From NCBI RefSeq assembly GCF_009914755.1, contig NC_060929.1: 64,000 nt of DNA. The stretch is one strand, 5' to 3'. Positions within the stretch are counted from its first letter, which is position 1; every line of letters starts with the position of its first letter. Under the pieces are notes generated by a model, which saw only the letters and a list, made by a program, of their open reading frames with translations, was not told the DNA's origin and did no database searches. Below are positions 62,874 through 64,000 of the stretch, in pieces. Position numbers and translations under genes: made by a program. The DNA comes from the human T2T-CHM13v2.0 reference genome, Homo sapiens.

Positions 62874-63569
62874 TAGGAAGTTTTCTTTCAAAACAAAACA
62901 AAACAACAACATTAAATCACTTTGGTTGACAGAAACAATTGACTTAAAAAAAAATGAGCTGCTTTAGCTATTGGTGATTTCTTTCAATAATAAGCTATTA
63001 AAGAGGAAATAAATACAGATGTGCCCAGTTTCAAAAAAAAACATGCTTGTATATAAATCGGAACTTATGAAACAGATCTATTAGGAGTGATTAATCAAAA
63101 TACAGAAGAGTCTTCAAATTAAAAAACAGAGACTCTGTTTTACAAAAGGACTCACATCATAGGCTCTATTCAAGAATTCTAAATAAGTCATTAATTTAGG
63201 AACCTGGGCATATAGAAAGTTAAGTTCAATTAACAATCAACTGAAGATTAATCAGAAATGAGGGTAAAACATTACTAAAATTTTAATATAAGCTAATAGG
63301 AAAACATTAGAGTCACAGAAGTTTAAATCATGCTGGTTTAGAGACTCATTAATCTATATGATATATAACTTTTTATTACTAGAGTTACAATCATAAGGAT
63401 TTGAATCAGCACTTATAGTGTTCTTTTTTAGCCCTTGATACTTGGAAGAACTTGAAAAACATTTTTCTCCCCTTTTTAAGACATTTTGACCACATGGCTT
63501 TGTCACAGGCTTTGTTTGCCAGGTAAAATACAGAAAGCCTGGTTGTATTTGAATTTCAGGTAAATAGTG

Positions 63570-63830
63570 AATACACGTCATAGCAAATTTGTCCAAACCC
63601 ATGGGATGTATAGCACCAAGAGTGAACCCCAATGTCAACTGTGGACTTTGAGTGATAATGATGTGTCAATGTAGGTTCATCAACTATAATAAATGTAGCA
63701 TTCTGGTGGGGGATGTTGACAATGGAGGAGGCTATGCATGTGTAGGGGTAGGGAGTATATGGGAACTCTCTGCCTTCCTTTCAATTTTGCTGTGAACCTA
63801 AAACTGCTCTAAAAAATAAAGTCTATTATT
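63570..63830 (+). mobile_element. L1MC-like 3' end
   Basis: gtccaaacccat...caccaagagtgaaccccaatgtcaac...tgtgaacctaaaactgctctaaaaaataaagtc. Confidence 0.8.
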
Positions 63831-64000
63831 ATTATTATTTTTTAAAGTCTTCCTGGCATGTGGCTTTTGAAAATTCCTTCCTTTGATGGGAAATCTCCTT
63901 CACATTTTGTTGCTAATGTGGAAATATTATTTAAACCCCAAGTTCAGGCCATAGGCAACTCTTATTAAGCTGAAGGCTTTTTTTTCCTTCATAGTCATGA

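Overview
Primate (almost certainly human) genomic DNA. The right end holds the 3' part of GDNF on the minus strand: part of the last intron, the terminal coding exon (59197-58713, protein matches human GDNF as I recall it) and a ~3 kb 3'UTR ending near an AATAAA at 55760-55755. The remaining ~55 kb is intergenic and repeat-dense. It contains three degenerate endogenous retroviruses: a two-LTR MER57-type provirus (1458-9408, minus), a two-LTR LTR2/Harlequin (HERV-E mosaic) provirus (21239-29224, minus) and a 3'-truncated MLT2A/HERV-L (36370-41268, plus). There are also several solo LTRs, about 18 Alus, L1/L2/MIR fragments and hAT DNA transposons. Almost all listed ORFs other than GDNF are Alu, low-complexity or decayed-ERV frames. 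I found no evidence of a wholly new biological system. The best leads are an abutting inverted Alu pair, an unexplained 92-bp dispersed duplication, a 64-bp x3 minisatellite, in-window homology showing the mosaic origin of Harlequin, the GDNF 3'UTR regulatory architecture and a candidate antisense promoter/exon just past the GDNF polyA site. Repeat subfamily names come from recall of consensus sequences and were not computed.
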